IMG/VR virus record: IMGVR_UViG_3300010885_070871
Location: 1 to 64,000 of that record
Source of the DNA: a virus
Length of the DNA: 64,000 nucleotides
Strand: one strand, 5' to 3'
This document shows, one piece after another, positions 28,766 to 38,985 of this stretch. Numbering within the stretch: the first letter of the stretch is position 1; every line of letters starts with the position of its first letter. The notes below the pieces were generated by a model that made no database searches, was not told where the DNA came from, and worked only from the letters and a program-made list of their open reading frames with translations. Position numbers and translations under genes: made by a program.

Positions 28766-29620
28766 ATGAGAAAGATTGTAAGAAGATTTCTTTTTAGCGA
28801 TGAAAGAAACAATAAAATAACAAAAGGAAGTAATTCTAAAAATATAAACGATACAAAATCAGAAGAGGAAAGAAAAATAAAAGAAGAGGAAGAAATAAAA
28901 AAAATAGAAGATATGTTATTTAATACATTACCAAATTCTAAAAATAGAGAATTAGTAACAAAATGGGAAAGATTAACTGGAAAAGAAACAATATTTGTTT
29001 GTTTTATATCAGATCCTCCAGAAAGTAATTTCTATACAACTAGAATATTGTCTTTGATTGATAAAATCAATTCTTTAGGATATGATTATATTATACACAA
29101 TTATAAGTCAGATAGAAATTATTTTCAGAACTGCTGTTATAAACCCGTTTTTATAAATGATATTCTTAAAGCTAATGAAAAAAATTTAGTTTGGATAGAT
29201 GGTGACACAAATTTAAAAAACGATATAGGAGATTTTATTGATACTGAAAAAGATTTTGATATAGGACTAGTTACATATAATGGGGATATAAACGGATTTA
29301 TTGCTTCTCCTTTATTTATAAGAAACACCACTACAGGAAATCAATTAATAGAATCCTGGATGGATCACTGTACAAGCATGGTAGAATCTGGAAATTGTGA
29401 ACTGGACCACGATGCTCTAAAGCATGTAACAATTCCTAAATTTAGAAACAGTTTAAAAATAAAATTAAACTGGAATAACACAAACGATCTTCATAAAGGA
29501 ATGATATTAGAAAATGTAAATTCTGATGTTCCCTATAAAAGGGAGATATTAAGAAAAATGACTTTTGTTAATCAAAATAGACCGTTTAATTTTAAAAACA
29601 ACGATTTTATAATAGTATAG
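28766..29620 (+). CDS. GT-A glycosyltransferase-like protein
   Basis: YKPVFI, VWIDGD, ASPLF and DHDALK; ATG at 28766 preferred. Confidence 0.65.
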   Translation: MRKIVRRFLFSDERNNKITKGSNSKNINDTKSEEERKIKEEEEIKKIEDMLFNTLPNSKNRELVTKWERLTGKETIFVCFISDPPESNFYTTRILSLIDKINSLGYDYIIHNYKSDRNYFQNCCYKPVFINDILKANEKNLVWIDGDTNLKNDIGDFIDTEKDFDIGLVTYNGDINGFIASPLFIRNTTTGNQLIESWMDHCTSMVESGNCELDHDALKHVTIPKFRNSLKIKLNWNNTNDLHKGMILENVNSDVPYKREILRKMTFVNQNRPFNFKNNDFIIV

Positions 29621-29621
29621 T

Positions 29622-30464
29622 ATGAATAAATTAAAAGCATCATGGGCACCGTTCCCTCAAGAATATTCTTCTTGTTCAAGTTTAAAACCTAAAAATTTCG
29701 AATGGTCAAAAACAGATGGTATTGCTAATGTGTACATTGATAATAATATACTGAACCATAGAGGTCCAGCACACAGAAACTTTGGATGGTTTTGTGAATC
29801 CTCTGAGATTATTCCTGATCTTAAAAAGCATCTTCTAAATAATCTAGGAACACTAAGAGTTCATTTTCAAAATATATTTACTTGTGATTCTGAAATAATA
29901 AACAGAGATCCCTCGTTCTTTTTATTTAATCCACCAGGATCAAATCTACCATGGACAAATCCTAATTCTTTTGGAATACATCAAAAAAGTAAATTAGTCT
30001 CTATGGTTTGTAGTTCTAAAGATATGACAACAGGACATAAATTAAGATTAAGTGTTGCTTCAAAAATAAAAGATAAAGTTGATCTTTTTGGAGGAGCACA
30101 CGGAAGTCCTAAATCTGGAAGTGGAATAGGTCCATCAGGTGATTGGTGGAGATCTAGAGATGAATCATTAGCTCCTTATATGTTTTCTGTTGTATTTGAA
30201 AATTCATCTTATGACAACTATTACACTGAAAAAATAACAGATTGTTTTGCCAATGGAACTATTCCTATCTATTGGGGAGATTCTAAAATATGCGAAACAT
30301 TTGATTGTAACGGAATAATAAAATGGAATGAAAATTTTGATTTTAATTCATTAACCGAAGAATTATATAAAAGTAAATTAGATTCTATTACAAAAAACTT
30401 CGAAATTGTAAAAAAATTAGATTCATCAGACGATCTACTATTTAATAAAATAAAAAACAGATGA
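29622..30464 (+). CDS. GT10-like (alpha-1,3-fucosyltransferase family) glycosyltransferase
   Basis: YMFSVVFENS..DNYYTEKITDCF..GTIPIYWG matches the GT10 signature. Confidence 0.8.
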   Translation: MNKLKASWAPFPQEYSSCSSLKPKNFEWSKTDGIANVYIDNNILNHRGPAHRNFGWFCESSEIIPDLKKHLLNNLGTLRVHFQNIFTCDSEIINRDPSFFLFNPPGSNLPWTNPNSFGIHQKSKLVSMVCSSKDMTTGHKLRLSVASKIKDKVDLFGGAHGSPKSGSGIGPSGDWWRSRDESLAPYMFSVVFENSSYDNYYTEKITDCFANGTIPIYWGDSKICETFDCNGIIKWNENFDFNSLTEELYKSKLDSITKNFEIVKKLDSSDDLLFNKIKNR

Positions 30465-31183
30465 ATAAAATAAACTTGATTGCTGCTTCTAGAGAAAGAT
30501 CTATAAGAATGAGTGAAGTTATTCTTAAATGGTATCATAGTGCATCCAACCCAGAGAATATAGAGTTTATTATTTCTATTGATACTACAGATCATATGGT
30601 GGAAAGATACAAAAGAAATTTTAGAAATCTAGAACTTCAATATGGTGTAAAAATAAAATTAGTTATAAACGATAACAAGAACACTGTACAAGCAATAAAC
30701 GCAGCTAAACCTCATATAAATGGTGATATTATTTTTATAATATCTGATGATACTGATTGTTTTCAAGGATGGGATAAAGCAATATTGGATGTAGTAAAAG
30801 ATAAAAATGATTACTATATAATTAAAACTAACGATGGAATAGGAAAAGATTTAATTACTATGCCTATATTCTCTAGAAAATATTTAGATTCTAAGGATTA
30901 CATATATTATCCTAAATATGAGCATATGTTTTGTGATACTGAATTGACATGCGTTGCACATTTAGAAGGATGTATAATAGATGCTAGTAATATAACTTTT
31001 AAACATTTACATTACACTCAGGGATATCACGAAAAGGATCATAATGATGTAAAAAACCAGTTTACTTTTTATACAGGTATGGAAATATTTAAAGAAAGAT
31101 TAGGCTTAAATTTTGAAATTCCAAAAGAAAAACAAAAAGGGGAAATCCCAAAAAATATAATAGAATATATAAACAACAACTAA
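30461..31183 (+). CDS. GT2-like glycosyltransferase
   Basis: ASRER, AINAA, IISDDTD and HMFCDTEL. Confidence 0.7.
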   Translation: MNKINLIAASRERSIRMSEVILKWYHSASNPENIEFIISIDTTDHMVERYKRNFRNLELQYGVKIKLVINDNKNTVQAINAAKPHINGDIIFIISDDTDCFQGWDKAILDVVKDKNDYYIIKTNDGIGKDLITMPIFSRKYLDSKDYIYYPKYEHMFCDTELTCVAHLEGCIIDASNITFKHLHYTQGYHEKDHNDVKNQFTFYTGMEIFKERLGLNFEIPKEKQKGEIPKNIIEYINNN

Positions 31184-31196
31184 AAAAATAAAAAAA

Positions 31197-31772
31197 ATGC
31201 AAAATTCATCAGGAGCTTTCAATGAAGATCATTTTATGTCTAAAAAATTTTTAGATATAAAAAACAAATACACTTTAGATACTGTAATAGAAACAGGTAC
31301 CTATCACGGAGTAACCACAGAATGGTTTGCTCATAATTTTGATAAGGTATACACAGTTGAGTGTAGTCAACCTTATTATGAAGAGGCTCAAAAAAGAATA
31401 GGTTCTTATTCTAATGTACATAGCTATTTAAAAGACAGCCCAGTTTTTCTAAAAGAAATATTAAGCACTATTCAGGATAATAAAACAATTATTTTTTTAG
31501 ATGCACATTGGTACACTAATCCTGTTTTAAATGAGCTAGATGCTATAAAAGAATCTGGTAAAAAACCAATAATAGCAATTCATGATTTTATGGTACCAGA
31601 TCATCCAGAATTCGGATACGACATTTATCCTGACCAAAATATAGTTTATAATTGGGAATGGATTCAAGGCAAAATAGAATCTATATACGGAAAAAGTGGA
31701 TATACTAAAGAATATAATAACGAAGCAACAGGAGCTATGAGAGGTTGTATATTCTTATTTCCAAATAAATAA
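31197..31772 (+). CDS. class I SAM-dependent methyltransferase
   Basis: VIETGTYHG, TVE, FLDAHW and IHDF. Confidence 0.75.
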   Translation: MQNSSGAFNEDHFMSKKFLDIKNKYTLDTVIETGTYHGVTTEWFAHNFDKVYTVECSQPYYEEAQKRIGSYSNVHSYLKDSPVFLKEILSTIQDNKTIIFLDAHWYTNPVLNELDAIKESGKKPIIAIHDFMVPDHPEFGYDIYPDQNIVYNWEWIQGKIESIYGKSGYTKEYNNEATGAMRGCIFLFPNK

Positions 31773-31793
31773 ATAATAAATAATAAATAAAAT

Positions 31794-32480
31794 ATGAGCA
31801 CAAACAATACACTAAGAAGCATAGGATCAAAATACGGAACTGATAAAGTATCCCACGGATTTTGCGAAGTATACGAAGAAAAATTTAATAATATTAGAGA
31901 ATCTTCAAAAAATATTTTAGAAATAGGGGTTTTCTTTGGAGCTAGTATTTTAATGTGGAGAGACTATTTTTCTAATTCTACGATTCATGGATTTGATACC
32001 TTTGAAGGACTACAAGGAAATGGTCACAGATTTCAAAATTCAGACAAATTTCTTAATGAATGGAAAAATGATGTAAATCTACAAAACAGAATTGAACTTT
32101 ATAAGTACGATCAAGGGAAAGAAAGCGATCTTATTTCATTTATATCAGATATTAAAAAGAAAAACATATCATTTGATGTAATAATTGAAGACGGTTCACA
32201 TCTAATGGTAGATCAACAATTAGATCTAAAATATCTATTTTCTACAGTCAAATCTGGAGGATATTATGTTATTGAGGATATACACAGTTCATTGGGTGCT
32301 TATGATGTGATGAGTGATTTTTCAAATACTACACTAACAATGATTAATAGATATAAAGAAAAAAAAGAATTACATTCTATTTATGTAGATTTAAGTGACA
32401 TTAAACCTTTAATTAAAAATATGGAATTATTCACAGTAGAATCTACTGGAAGTATGACATGTATAATAGAAAAAATATAA
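31794..32480 (+). CDS. class I SAM methyltransferase (MycE-like sugar O-methyltransferase)
   Basis: YGTDK..HG, LEIGV, DVIIEDGSH and GGYYVIEDI. Confidence 0.78.
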   Translation: MSTNNTLRSIGSKYGTDKVSHGFCEVYEEKFNNIRESSKNILEIGVFFGASILMWRDYFSNSTIHGFDTFEGLQGNGHRFQNSDKFLNEWKNDVNLQNRIELYKYDQGKESDLISFISDIKKKNISFDVIIEDGSHLMVDQQLDLKYLFSTVKSGGYYVIEDIHSSLGAYDVMSDFSNTTLTMINRYKEKKELHSIYVDLSDIKPLIKNMELFTVESTGSMTCIIEKI

Positions 32481-33166
32481 TGGAAAAAAAATGTATAATA
32501 AATTTTTCCGATAATGCTAGATATATTCTGGGACAAAATAGATTATTAGAATCCTTAAAAAATACTGGCTATACTGGGGATGTCTTTGTAGAAAATAATG
32601 AAAAAAATATACATTTTAAATCGCACAAAGAAATAAATTATGGATTTAAAGCGGGAATGATTAATAAGGTAAAAAACCTAGGATATCGATATGTATTATG
32701 GATAGATTCTTCAGTATATGCTGGGAAAGACGTGTCACCAATATTTGATTACATTGAAAAAAATGGATATTTCGTTTTACAATATGATGAGGGTGTATCT
32801 ACATCTGGAGAATGGTGTTGTGATACTGCACTAGTACCTTTACAAATAACAAGAGAAGAATCTTTTGAAATCCCTCACGCATATGCAACAGTTTTCGGAT
32901 TAGATTTAAAAAAACACTCTGGATTTTTTGATGAATATTTAAGACTTGCAGAGGAAGGAACTGCATTTAATGGTGATTGGTATAACCGAGAAAATCAATG
33001 TTCTTTTGATCCTAGAGTAAAGGGACATAGACACGATCAGACGGTTATGTCTGTACTTATGTGGAAAATGGGAATGAGAAACTGGATAACAAAAAATACA
33101 GTAAAGGATTTTACCAATTTTTATAATTATAAAGAATCCAAAGAATCCATATTAATATATGGATAA
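32480..33166 (+). CDS. GT-A-like protein (DUF1647-like, HRHDQ motif), paralog 1
   Basis: GFK, LWIDSS and HRHDQTVMS; ATG at 32480 (TAATG overlap). Confidence 0.6.
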   Translation: MEKKCIINFSDNARYILGQNRLLESLKNTGYTGDVFVENNEKNIHFKSHKEINYGFKAGMINKVKNLGYRYVLWIDSSVYAGKDVSPIFDYIEKNGYFVLQYDEGVSTSGEWCCDTALVPLQITREESFEIPHAYATVFGLDLKKHSGFFDEYLRLAEEGTAFNGDWYNRENQCSFDPRVKGHRHDQTVMSVLMWKMGMRNWITKNTVKDFTNFYNYKESKESILIYG

Positions 33167-33181
33167 AAATAAAATGATAAA

Positions 33182-33868
33182 ATGATAAATTTAAACGATT
33201 ACAGAAGACAAGTTTATAGTCAAACTGGGGAAGATGGAATAATCGAAAAAATATTTCAAACTCTAGATATAAAAAATGGGTGGTATTGCGAATTTGGTGC
33301 AGGAGACGGTAATTGGATTTCTAACACTAAAAAACTTAGAGAGGAAGGATGGAAAGGAGTTTTAATTGAAGGTGACGAACCTTCTTTTAATAATCTAAAA
33401 TCAAATTTCGGAGATAATCCAAATGTTAGCGTAATAAATTCTTATGTTAGCTGTGAAGAAAAAGAATCTTTAGATTATCTTCTCAGTAAAACTAAAATTC
33501 CAGTTGATTTTGATATTCTTTCTATTGATGTGGATGGAAATGATCTATGGATATGGAAATCCTTAATTAAATATTCTCCTAAAATTGTAGTCACTGAGTA
33601 TAATGCTTCATATGATTCTCATATAAGTTTAACTATCGAATATAACAGGGATCATAGATTTAATTCGGACAATTATTATGGAGCAACTCCTGGTGCTTTT
33701 AATAAGCTTGCTGAGGAAAAAGGTTATGTTTTAGTTGGATTTACCCCCAGCTTGAACTTATTTTATTGTAAAAAAGAATTTGCTAGTCATTTTAGAGAAT
33801 TAGAAATAAACGAAGTTAGCAGTGGTGTGGGATGGCCAAGAAGCTCTAAATCCATGGTATCGTATTAA
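33182..33868 (+). CDS. FkbM-like methyltransferase
   Basis: YSQTGEDGII, EFGAGDG..SN, LIEG and SIDVDGND. Confidence 0.75.
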   Translation: MINLNDYRRQVYSQTGEDGIIEKIFQTLDIKNGWYCEFGAGDGNWISNTKKLREEGWKGVLIEGDEPSFNNLKSNFGDNPNVSVINSYVSCEEKESLDYLLSKTKIPVDFDILSIDVDGNDLWIWKSLIKYSPKIVVTEYNASYDSHISLTIEYNRDHRFNSDNYYGATPGAFNKLAEEKGYVLVGFTPSLNLFYCKKEFASHFRELEINEVSSGVGWPRSSKSMVSY

Positions 33869-33888
33869 AAAATATAACTTATAAAATT

Positions 33889-34575
33889 ATGAGTAAAAGA
33901 TGTGTTTTAAATTTTTCAAATGGCAGATATATTCGGGGACAAGAAAGACTTGTTTCTTCTTTGAAAAATGTTGGATATAAGGACGGGATTTTGGTAGATA
34001 CAAAAGAATCTGATATACCTTTTAAAACACACGATGAAGTAAATTATGGATTCAAAGCCGGGATGATAAACAAAGCTTTAAAATTGGGTTATGAATCAGT
34101 ATTATGGATAGATTCTTCAGTATACGTTGGTAAAGATGTATCGCCAATATTTGATTATATAGAAAAAAATGGATATTTTGTTTTTCAGTACGGCAAGAAT
34201 CACGGTGTAAATTCGGGTGAATGGTGTGCTGATGTAGCACTTGAACCATTAGGTATAACTCGAGAAGAATCATATCAAATTCCCCATGCATACGCAACTC
34301 TTTTTGGTATAAATCTTAAGAAGCATCCTGATTTTTTTAAAGAATATTTAAGACTTGCAGAAGATGGTAAAGCGTTTACTGCTCCTTGGCATAATTCAAA
34401 TTATGAAGCATCGGTAGAAAAAAATGTACACGGTCACAGACATGATCAGACTGTTATGTCAGTTTTAATGTGGAAAATGGGTATGAGAAACTGGATAGGT
34501 GAAGAAGAAAGATATGAATGGTATAGGAATTATTTAGATCCAGGAAATGCCATTTTGTTACAACATCCAATATAA
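33889..34575 (+). CDS. GT-A-like protein (DUF1647-like, HRHDQ motif), paralog 2
   Basis: Long identical peptides shared with 32480..33166. Confidence 0.6.
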   Translation: MSKRCVLNFSNGRYIRGQERLVSSLKNVGYKDGILVDTKESDIPFKTHDEVNYGFKAGMINKALKLGYESVLWIDSSVYVGKDVSPIFDYIEKNGYFVFQYGKNHGVNSGEWCADVALEPLGITREESYQIPHAYATLFGINLKKHPDFFKEYLRLAEDGKAFTAPWHNSNYEASVEKNVHGHRHDQTVMSVLMWKMGMRNWIGEEERYEWYRNYLDPGNAILLQHPI

Positions 34576-36279
34576 GTGAACAGCGAAAAATATAATATAG
34601 GAGATATTGTTTCTGTTCCTAATAGGAGCAAAAACTTTTCTGTTCATAATCATGAGGACCAAAAAATAACTAAAGATGTTTTATCGTTATTTAATACTTT
34701 TTTAGAATATAATATTAAGAAATGTAGTTTTTTAATAGTAGAATATTCAAAACGGTATCCATATCTTTTAAACCTTGATATTAAAATTTTTTTATATTTA
34801 TGTTATTTAGATAATTATAAAAAATACAAAGATTTTTTTAGATTATTATATAAAAAATATCCTTCAAAAGAAAGTGCTTGTATACTCCAGTTAATTTCGC
34901 ATAGAATATATGAAACTGAGGGATATAATAGATATTTAGAAAAAGATTTAATTAATAGTATTTCTTTTTTTGAAGAAAGCCAGTGGCATAAATGGAGAAT
35001 AAGTGGAAAATTTTTTCTTGGTTTATATTCTAATAAGGAAGATGTTATCTTTGATAATTTTATACAATGTTTAGATATTGATAAGATGGCAATTGATATG
35101 GATTGCTATCAGGATAAACTTGTTTATATAGTAACATGGTTAAGATGTAAATATCCAAAAGAATCTGAACCCTATGTAAAAAAATTGTACGATAAAATAG
35201 AAAAATTTGGATTAGATTATAGCAATGCAATGGATTGTGCTATTAAATTTCATAATCCTAAGCTATTGGAAAAATACCTTTATGGATTCAAAACTAGTGC
35301 TTTGTGGGGATATATTAATGAATTAAAAAAAAATATGAAATATAAAAGAGTTTGTATTCTAGGATCTACTGGTTTGGTAGGATCTAATTTATATAAAAAA
35401 TATTCTGAATTATATCCTGCTTGTGTTATATTTAATCCTAAAAGATCTGATCTTAATCTAGAAAATAGAGAAGATGTTATAAAATATTTTATAAAAAATA
35501 AACCAGATTTAGTTTTCTTGTGTGCAGCTAAAGTTGGGGGAATAAAAGCTAATAATGATTATAAGGCAGATTTTATAACAATAAATATAAAAATACAAAC
35601 TAACGTAATAGAGGCTTGTCATTTAGCAGATATTAATAAAATTGTTTTCCTTGGATCTTCTTGCATATATCCTAAAAATTGTCTAATTCCTATAAAGGAA
35701 GAATATTTAATGACCGGACATCTAGAAGATACAAACGATGCTTATGCAATTGCTAAAATAGCAGGTATTAAAATGTGTCAATCGTATAATCAGCAATATA
35801 AAAGAGATTATATTTCAGTTATGCCGTGTAATTTATATGGACCAGGAGATAACTTTGATTCTGATAATAGTCATGTTCTTCCTGCACTTATCAGAAAAAT
35901 TGACGAAGCAAAGAAAAATAATATCGAATATATTAAAATATGGGGAACTGGTAAACCTATGAGAGAATTTTTATATGTTGAGGATTTAGTTGATGCTCTT
36001 ATTTACCTATCTGAAAATTATACATCTAGTGAAATAATAAATATAGGTACAGGTGATGACATTTCAATACACGACCTAACTAACGTAATAGCCAAAATTA
36101 TTGGATATGAAGGAAAAATAAAATTTAATACTGATTATCCTGATGGTACATACAGAAAATTGATGGACGTTTCTAAAATTTTCGAAACAGGTTGGAGACC
36201 TAAAATACCTATTGAGGAGGGTATAAGAAAAACATACAATTATTATAAAAGTAATATAGATAATAAAAATGGACTATAA
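34576..36279 (+). CDS. fcl: GDP-L-fucose synthase (from residue 254) with an unrelated helical N-terminal extension
   Basis: GSTGLVGS, AAKVGGIKAN, FLGSSCIYP, YAIAK, PCNLYGPGDNF, SHVLPAL and WGTGKPMREFLYV. Confidence 0.9.
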   Translation: MNSEKYNIGDIVSVPNRSKNFSVHNHEDQKITKDVLSLFNTFLEYNIKKCSFLIVEYSKRYPYLLNLDIKIFLYLCYLDNYKKYKDFFRLLYKKYPSKESACILQLISHRIYETEGYNRYLEKDLINSISFFEESQWHKWRISGKFFLGLYSNKEDVIFDNFIQCLDIDKMAIDMDCYQDKLVYIVTWLRCKYPKESEPYVKKLYDKIEKFGLDYSNAMDCAIKFHNPKLLEKYLYGFKTSALWGYINELKKNMKYKRVCILGSTGLVGSNLYKKYSELYPACVIFNPKRSDLNLENREDVIKYFIKNKPDLVFLCAAKVGGIKANNDYKADFITINIKIQTNVIEACHLADINKIVFLGSSCIYPKNCLIPIKEEYLMTGHLEDTNDAYAIAKIAGIKMCQSYNQQYKRDYISVMPCNLYGPGDNFDSDNSHVLPALIRKIDEAKKNNIEYIKIWGTGKPMREFLYVEDLVDALIYLSENYTSSEIINIGTGDDISIHDLTNVIAKIIGYEGKIKFNTDYPDGTYRKLMDVSKIFETGWRPKIPIEEGIRKTYNYYKSNIDNKNGL

Positions 36280-36850
36280 ATCACTGATAGAAAAAGAAAT
36301 AGAAGCAATAAGAAGAATTCCCACACAAAGGATTATTGATATTGTTGCTGCAATATCTAGAAATATGCACGATAGAACTAGAGTTATAACTTCTGGTATG
36401 GGGAAAGCAGGACATATAGCTCATAATTTTGCTATGACCCTTAGCTCTACAGGTACACCTTCTTTTTTCTTACATCCTTCAGAAGCACAACATGGTGATC
36501 TTGGAATAGTATGTCCTGGAGATATTATAGTTATTTTTAGTAATTCTGGTAAGACCAGAGAAATACAAGAGCTCATAGACCTTATACATAATCTAGGAAG
36601 CGGCAATTTAATATTTGCAATAGTTGGTAAAGGTAATGAAAATATATCTCTTAAATGCGCTGATTATATTGAATTCGGTGAGGTTGAAGAAATATGTCCA
36701 TTAGGATTAACCCCTACAACATCTACCACAGTTATGTCTGTGATATGTGATCTTATAGTTGTTGGGTTAATGAAACAAAACACGTTTACTAGATTAGAAT
36801 ATAGTAAACGACACCATGGGGGATATCTCGGAGAAAAATCTAAACAATAA
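36269..36850 (+). CDS. kdsD: D-arabinose-5-phosphate isomerase (SIS domain only, no CBS)
   Basis: GMGKAGHIA, STGTPSFFLHPSEAQHGDLG, SNSGKT, PTTST and HHGGYLG. Confidence 0.9.
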   Translation: MDYKSLIEKEIEAIRRIPTQRIIDIVAAISRNMHDRTRVITSGMGKAGHIAHNFAMTLSSTGTPSFFLHPSEAQHGDLGIVCPGDIIVIFSNSGKTREIQELIDLIHNLGSGNLIFAIVGKGNENISLKCADYIEFGEVEEICPLGLTPTTSTTVMSVICDLIVVGLMKQNTFTRLEYSKRHHGGYLGEKSKQ

Positions 36851-37613
36851 ATTACTAATAGCAGGGCCTTGTGTTATTGAAACAGATACACTCTGTATTC
36901 AAATAGCAGAAGAGGTTAAAAGAGTTGCTGAACTCTATGGATTTCGTCCTGTTTTTAAAGCAAGCTTTGATAAAGCTAATCGTACATCAAAAACAGGATT
37001 CAGAGGAGTTGGAATTGAAAGGGGATTAGAAATACTTTCTTTAGTAAAAAAAGAACTAAACATAGATATCATAACGGATGTACATGATATTACTCAAGTT
37101 AAAAAAGTAGCAGAAGTAGTTGACTTTCTACAGGTCCCAGCATTTCTTTGTAGACAAACAGATCTTATTGAGGAGTGTGCTAAAACAGGATTACCAACTT
37201 TAGTTAAAAAGGGACAATTCTTATCTCCTGAAAGCTGTAAATTTATAGAGGAAAAATTTTACGGAGCTTGGGGAACTCAATTATTAATAGGGGAAAGAGG
37301 AACGACATTTGGATATAATGATTTAGTTGTTGACGCAACTTCTATAAAAAGAATAAAAGACTCTTGTCCTAATTCTTTGGTAATAATGGACTGCACACAC
37401 AGTTTACAGATACCAAATAATTCTTCAGGAAAAACCAAAGGAAGAGGTGAAATGATAGAAACTATTATTAGATTTGCAGCGTCTTCTAAATCTGATGGTC
37501 TTTTTATAGAGGTTCATCCTGATCCTAAAAAATCTCCTTCCGATTCTGAAAACATGCTGGAATTAGATCAATTAGAAAATGTAATCAGAAAGGCAAGAAA
37601 AATTTATGACTGA
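36816..37613 (+). CDS. kdsA: KDO 8-phosphate synthase
   Basis: IAGPCVIE, FKASFDKANRTS, QVPAFLCRQTDL, KKGQF, ERG..FGY, DCTHSLQ and FIEVHPDP. Confidence 0.95.
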   Translation: MGDISEKNLNNKLLIAGPCVIETDTLCIQIAEEVKRVAELYGFRPVFKASFDKANRTSKTGFRGVGIERGLEILSLVKKELNIDIITDVHDITQVKKVAEVVDFLQVPAFLCRQTDLIEECAKTGLPTLVKKGQFLSPESCKFIEEKFYGAWGTQLLIGERGTTFGYNDLVVDATSIKRIKDSCPNSLVIMDCTHSLQIPNNSSGKTKGRGEMIETIIRFAASSKSDGLFIEVHPDPKKSPSDSENMLELDQLENVIRKARKIYD

Positions 37614-38325
37614 GAATAAAAAATTAGATGTTATAATAATAAGCTATGCTAAGGATGAATATTGTGAATCTATAACTAAGAGTTGTTTAGAATCCCTAAT
37701 TCAATCTGAAGATGATTCACAAGACATATTTAATATAATAGTTGTTGAATCTGCTAAAGGTGTTAAATGGGAAAGTTTAGGAACTAATGTAAAAACATTA
37801 GAAGCACCACTTCCTTATGGATATCATAAGTTTCTTAATTATGGCAGAAAGCATGGAGATTCTGAATGGGTAGCACTTTGTAATAACGATTTACATTTTA
37901 CCAAACATTGGTTTACTAGAATAATTGATGCACACGAATCTAATCCAGAGGTTATTTCTTTTTCTCCTATCTGTCCAATGACACAAACAATTTATGGTAT
38001 AAACCCACATACGGGAAATCTACCTGGGTATGAAATAAGAAAACAAATATCAGGATGGTGTATAGTTCATAAAAGAGAAATATACAATTTAATAGGGGAT
38101 TTAGACGAGAGATTTTATCACTGGTTTTGTGATAATGATTATTCTATGGAATTATGGACTAAAGGAATTAAGCATCTTTTAGTTACTGATTCTATAGTTA
38201 TACATCATGATAAAAACATAGGAAAGACAACAGAAAAAGTTATAGAAACAAATGAAGAGATGTACAGATTAACTAGTGGATCTACTCCTATATTTAAAGA
38301 AAAATGGAAAAACTACATACAATGA
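37606..38325 (+). CDS. GT2 family glycosyltransferase
   Basis: VIIISY, IIVVES, LCNNDL, DERF and WFCDND. Confidence 0.8.
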   Translation: MTENKKLDVIIISYAKDEYCESITKSCLESLIQSEDDSQDIFNIIVVESAKGVKWESLGTNVKTLEAPLPYGYHKFLNYGRKHGDSEWVALCNNDLHFTKHWFTRIIDAHESNPEVISFSPICPMTQTIYGINPHTGNLPGYEIRKQISGWCIVHKREIYNLIGDLDERFYHWFCDNDYSMELWTKGIKHLLVTDSIVIHHDKNIGKTTEKVIETNEEMYRLTSGSTPIFKEKWKNYIQ

Positions 38326-38924
38326 CAAGACATGAAATAATAAACAAAATCATTCAATCAAATGGATTTAATGATTACCTAGAAATAGGAGTTAGAAACG
38401 GAGAATGCTTTAAAGAAATTAAATGTACAAACAAGATAGGTGTAGATCCTAATCCAATAAGCAACGACACAACACATAAAATGACTTCTGATGAGTTTTT
38501 TGAAACCTGGGATTCATCAAAGAAATTCGACGTTATTTTTATCGACGGATTACATTTAGAAGAACAGGTTGATGTTGATATTCAAAACTCTTTAAATTTC
38601 TTGAATGAAGGAGGTTACGTAGTACTTCACGACTGCAATCCTCCAACTTCGTATCATGCTGCAGAACAACCAGTTTTTACTGCACCTGCTAACGGTAATT
38701 GGAACGGTACTGTTTATAAGTCTATTATTAAAGTTAGACTATATAGAAGTGATTTAGTTTTAGAAACTGTAGATTCTGATTGGGGTGTAGGAATTTTAAG
38801 AAAAGGAGGATCTAAAACATTAGATGTTTTTCCAGCTGAGGCTATGACATGGGATTGGTTTTCAAACAACAGAAAAGAAGTACTTAATTTAATTACACCT
38901 GAAGAATTTATTAGTAAGTACTAA
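38322..38924 (+). CDS. class I SAM methyltransferase (Methyltransf_24-like)
   Basis: YLEIGV, GVDP, FDVIFIDGLH and VLHDCNP; ATG at 38322 (ATGA overlap). Confidence 0.8.
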   Translation: MTRHEIINKIIQSNGFNDYLEIGVRNGECFKEIKCTNKIGVDPNPISNDTTHKMTSDEFFETWDSSKKFDVIFIDGLHLEEQVDVDIQNSLNFLNEGGYVVLHDCNPPTSYHAAEQPVFTAPANGNWNGTVYKSIIKVRLYRSDLVLETVDSDWGVGILRKGGSKTLDVFPAEAMTWDWFSNNRKEVLNLITPEEFISKY

Positions 38925-38985
38925 TATTTTTTATGAATATAGGAAATTATTATAAAATTATCAATATAAATTAGAAAGGATTTTT

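Noticed and set aside
26767-38924. Glycan cluster as a bacterial LPS/capsule locus, making the window a host chromosome or prophage
   Set aside because: It is flanked by phage genes with the same composition and start style; no wzx/wzy/ABC exporter, integrase or housekeeping synteny is seen.
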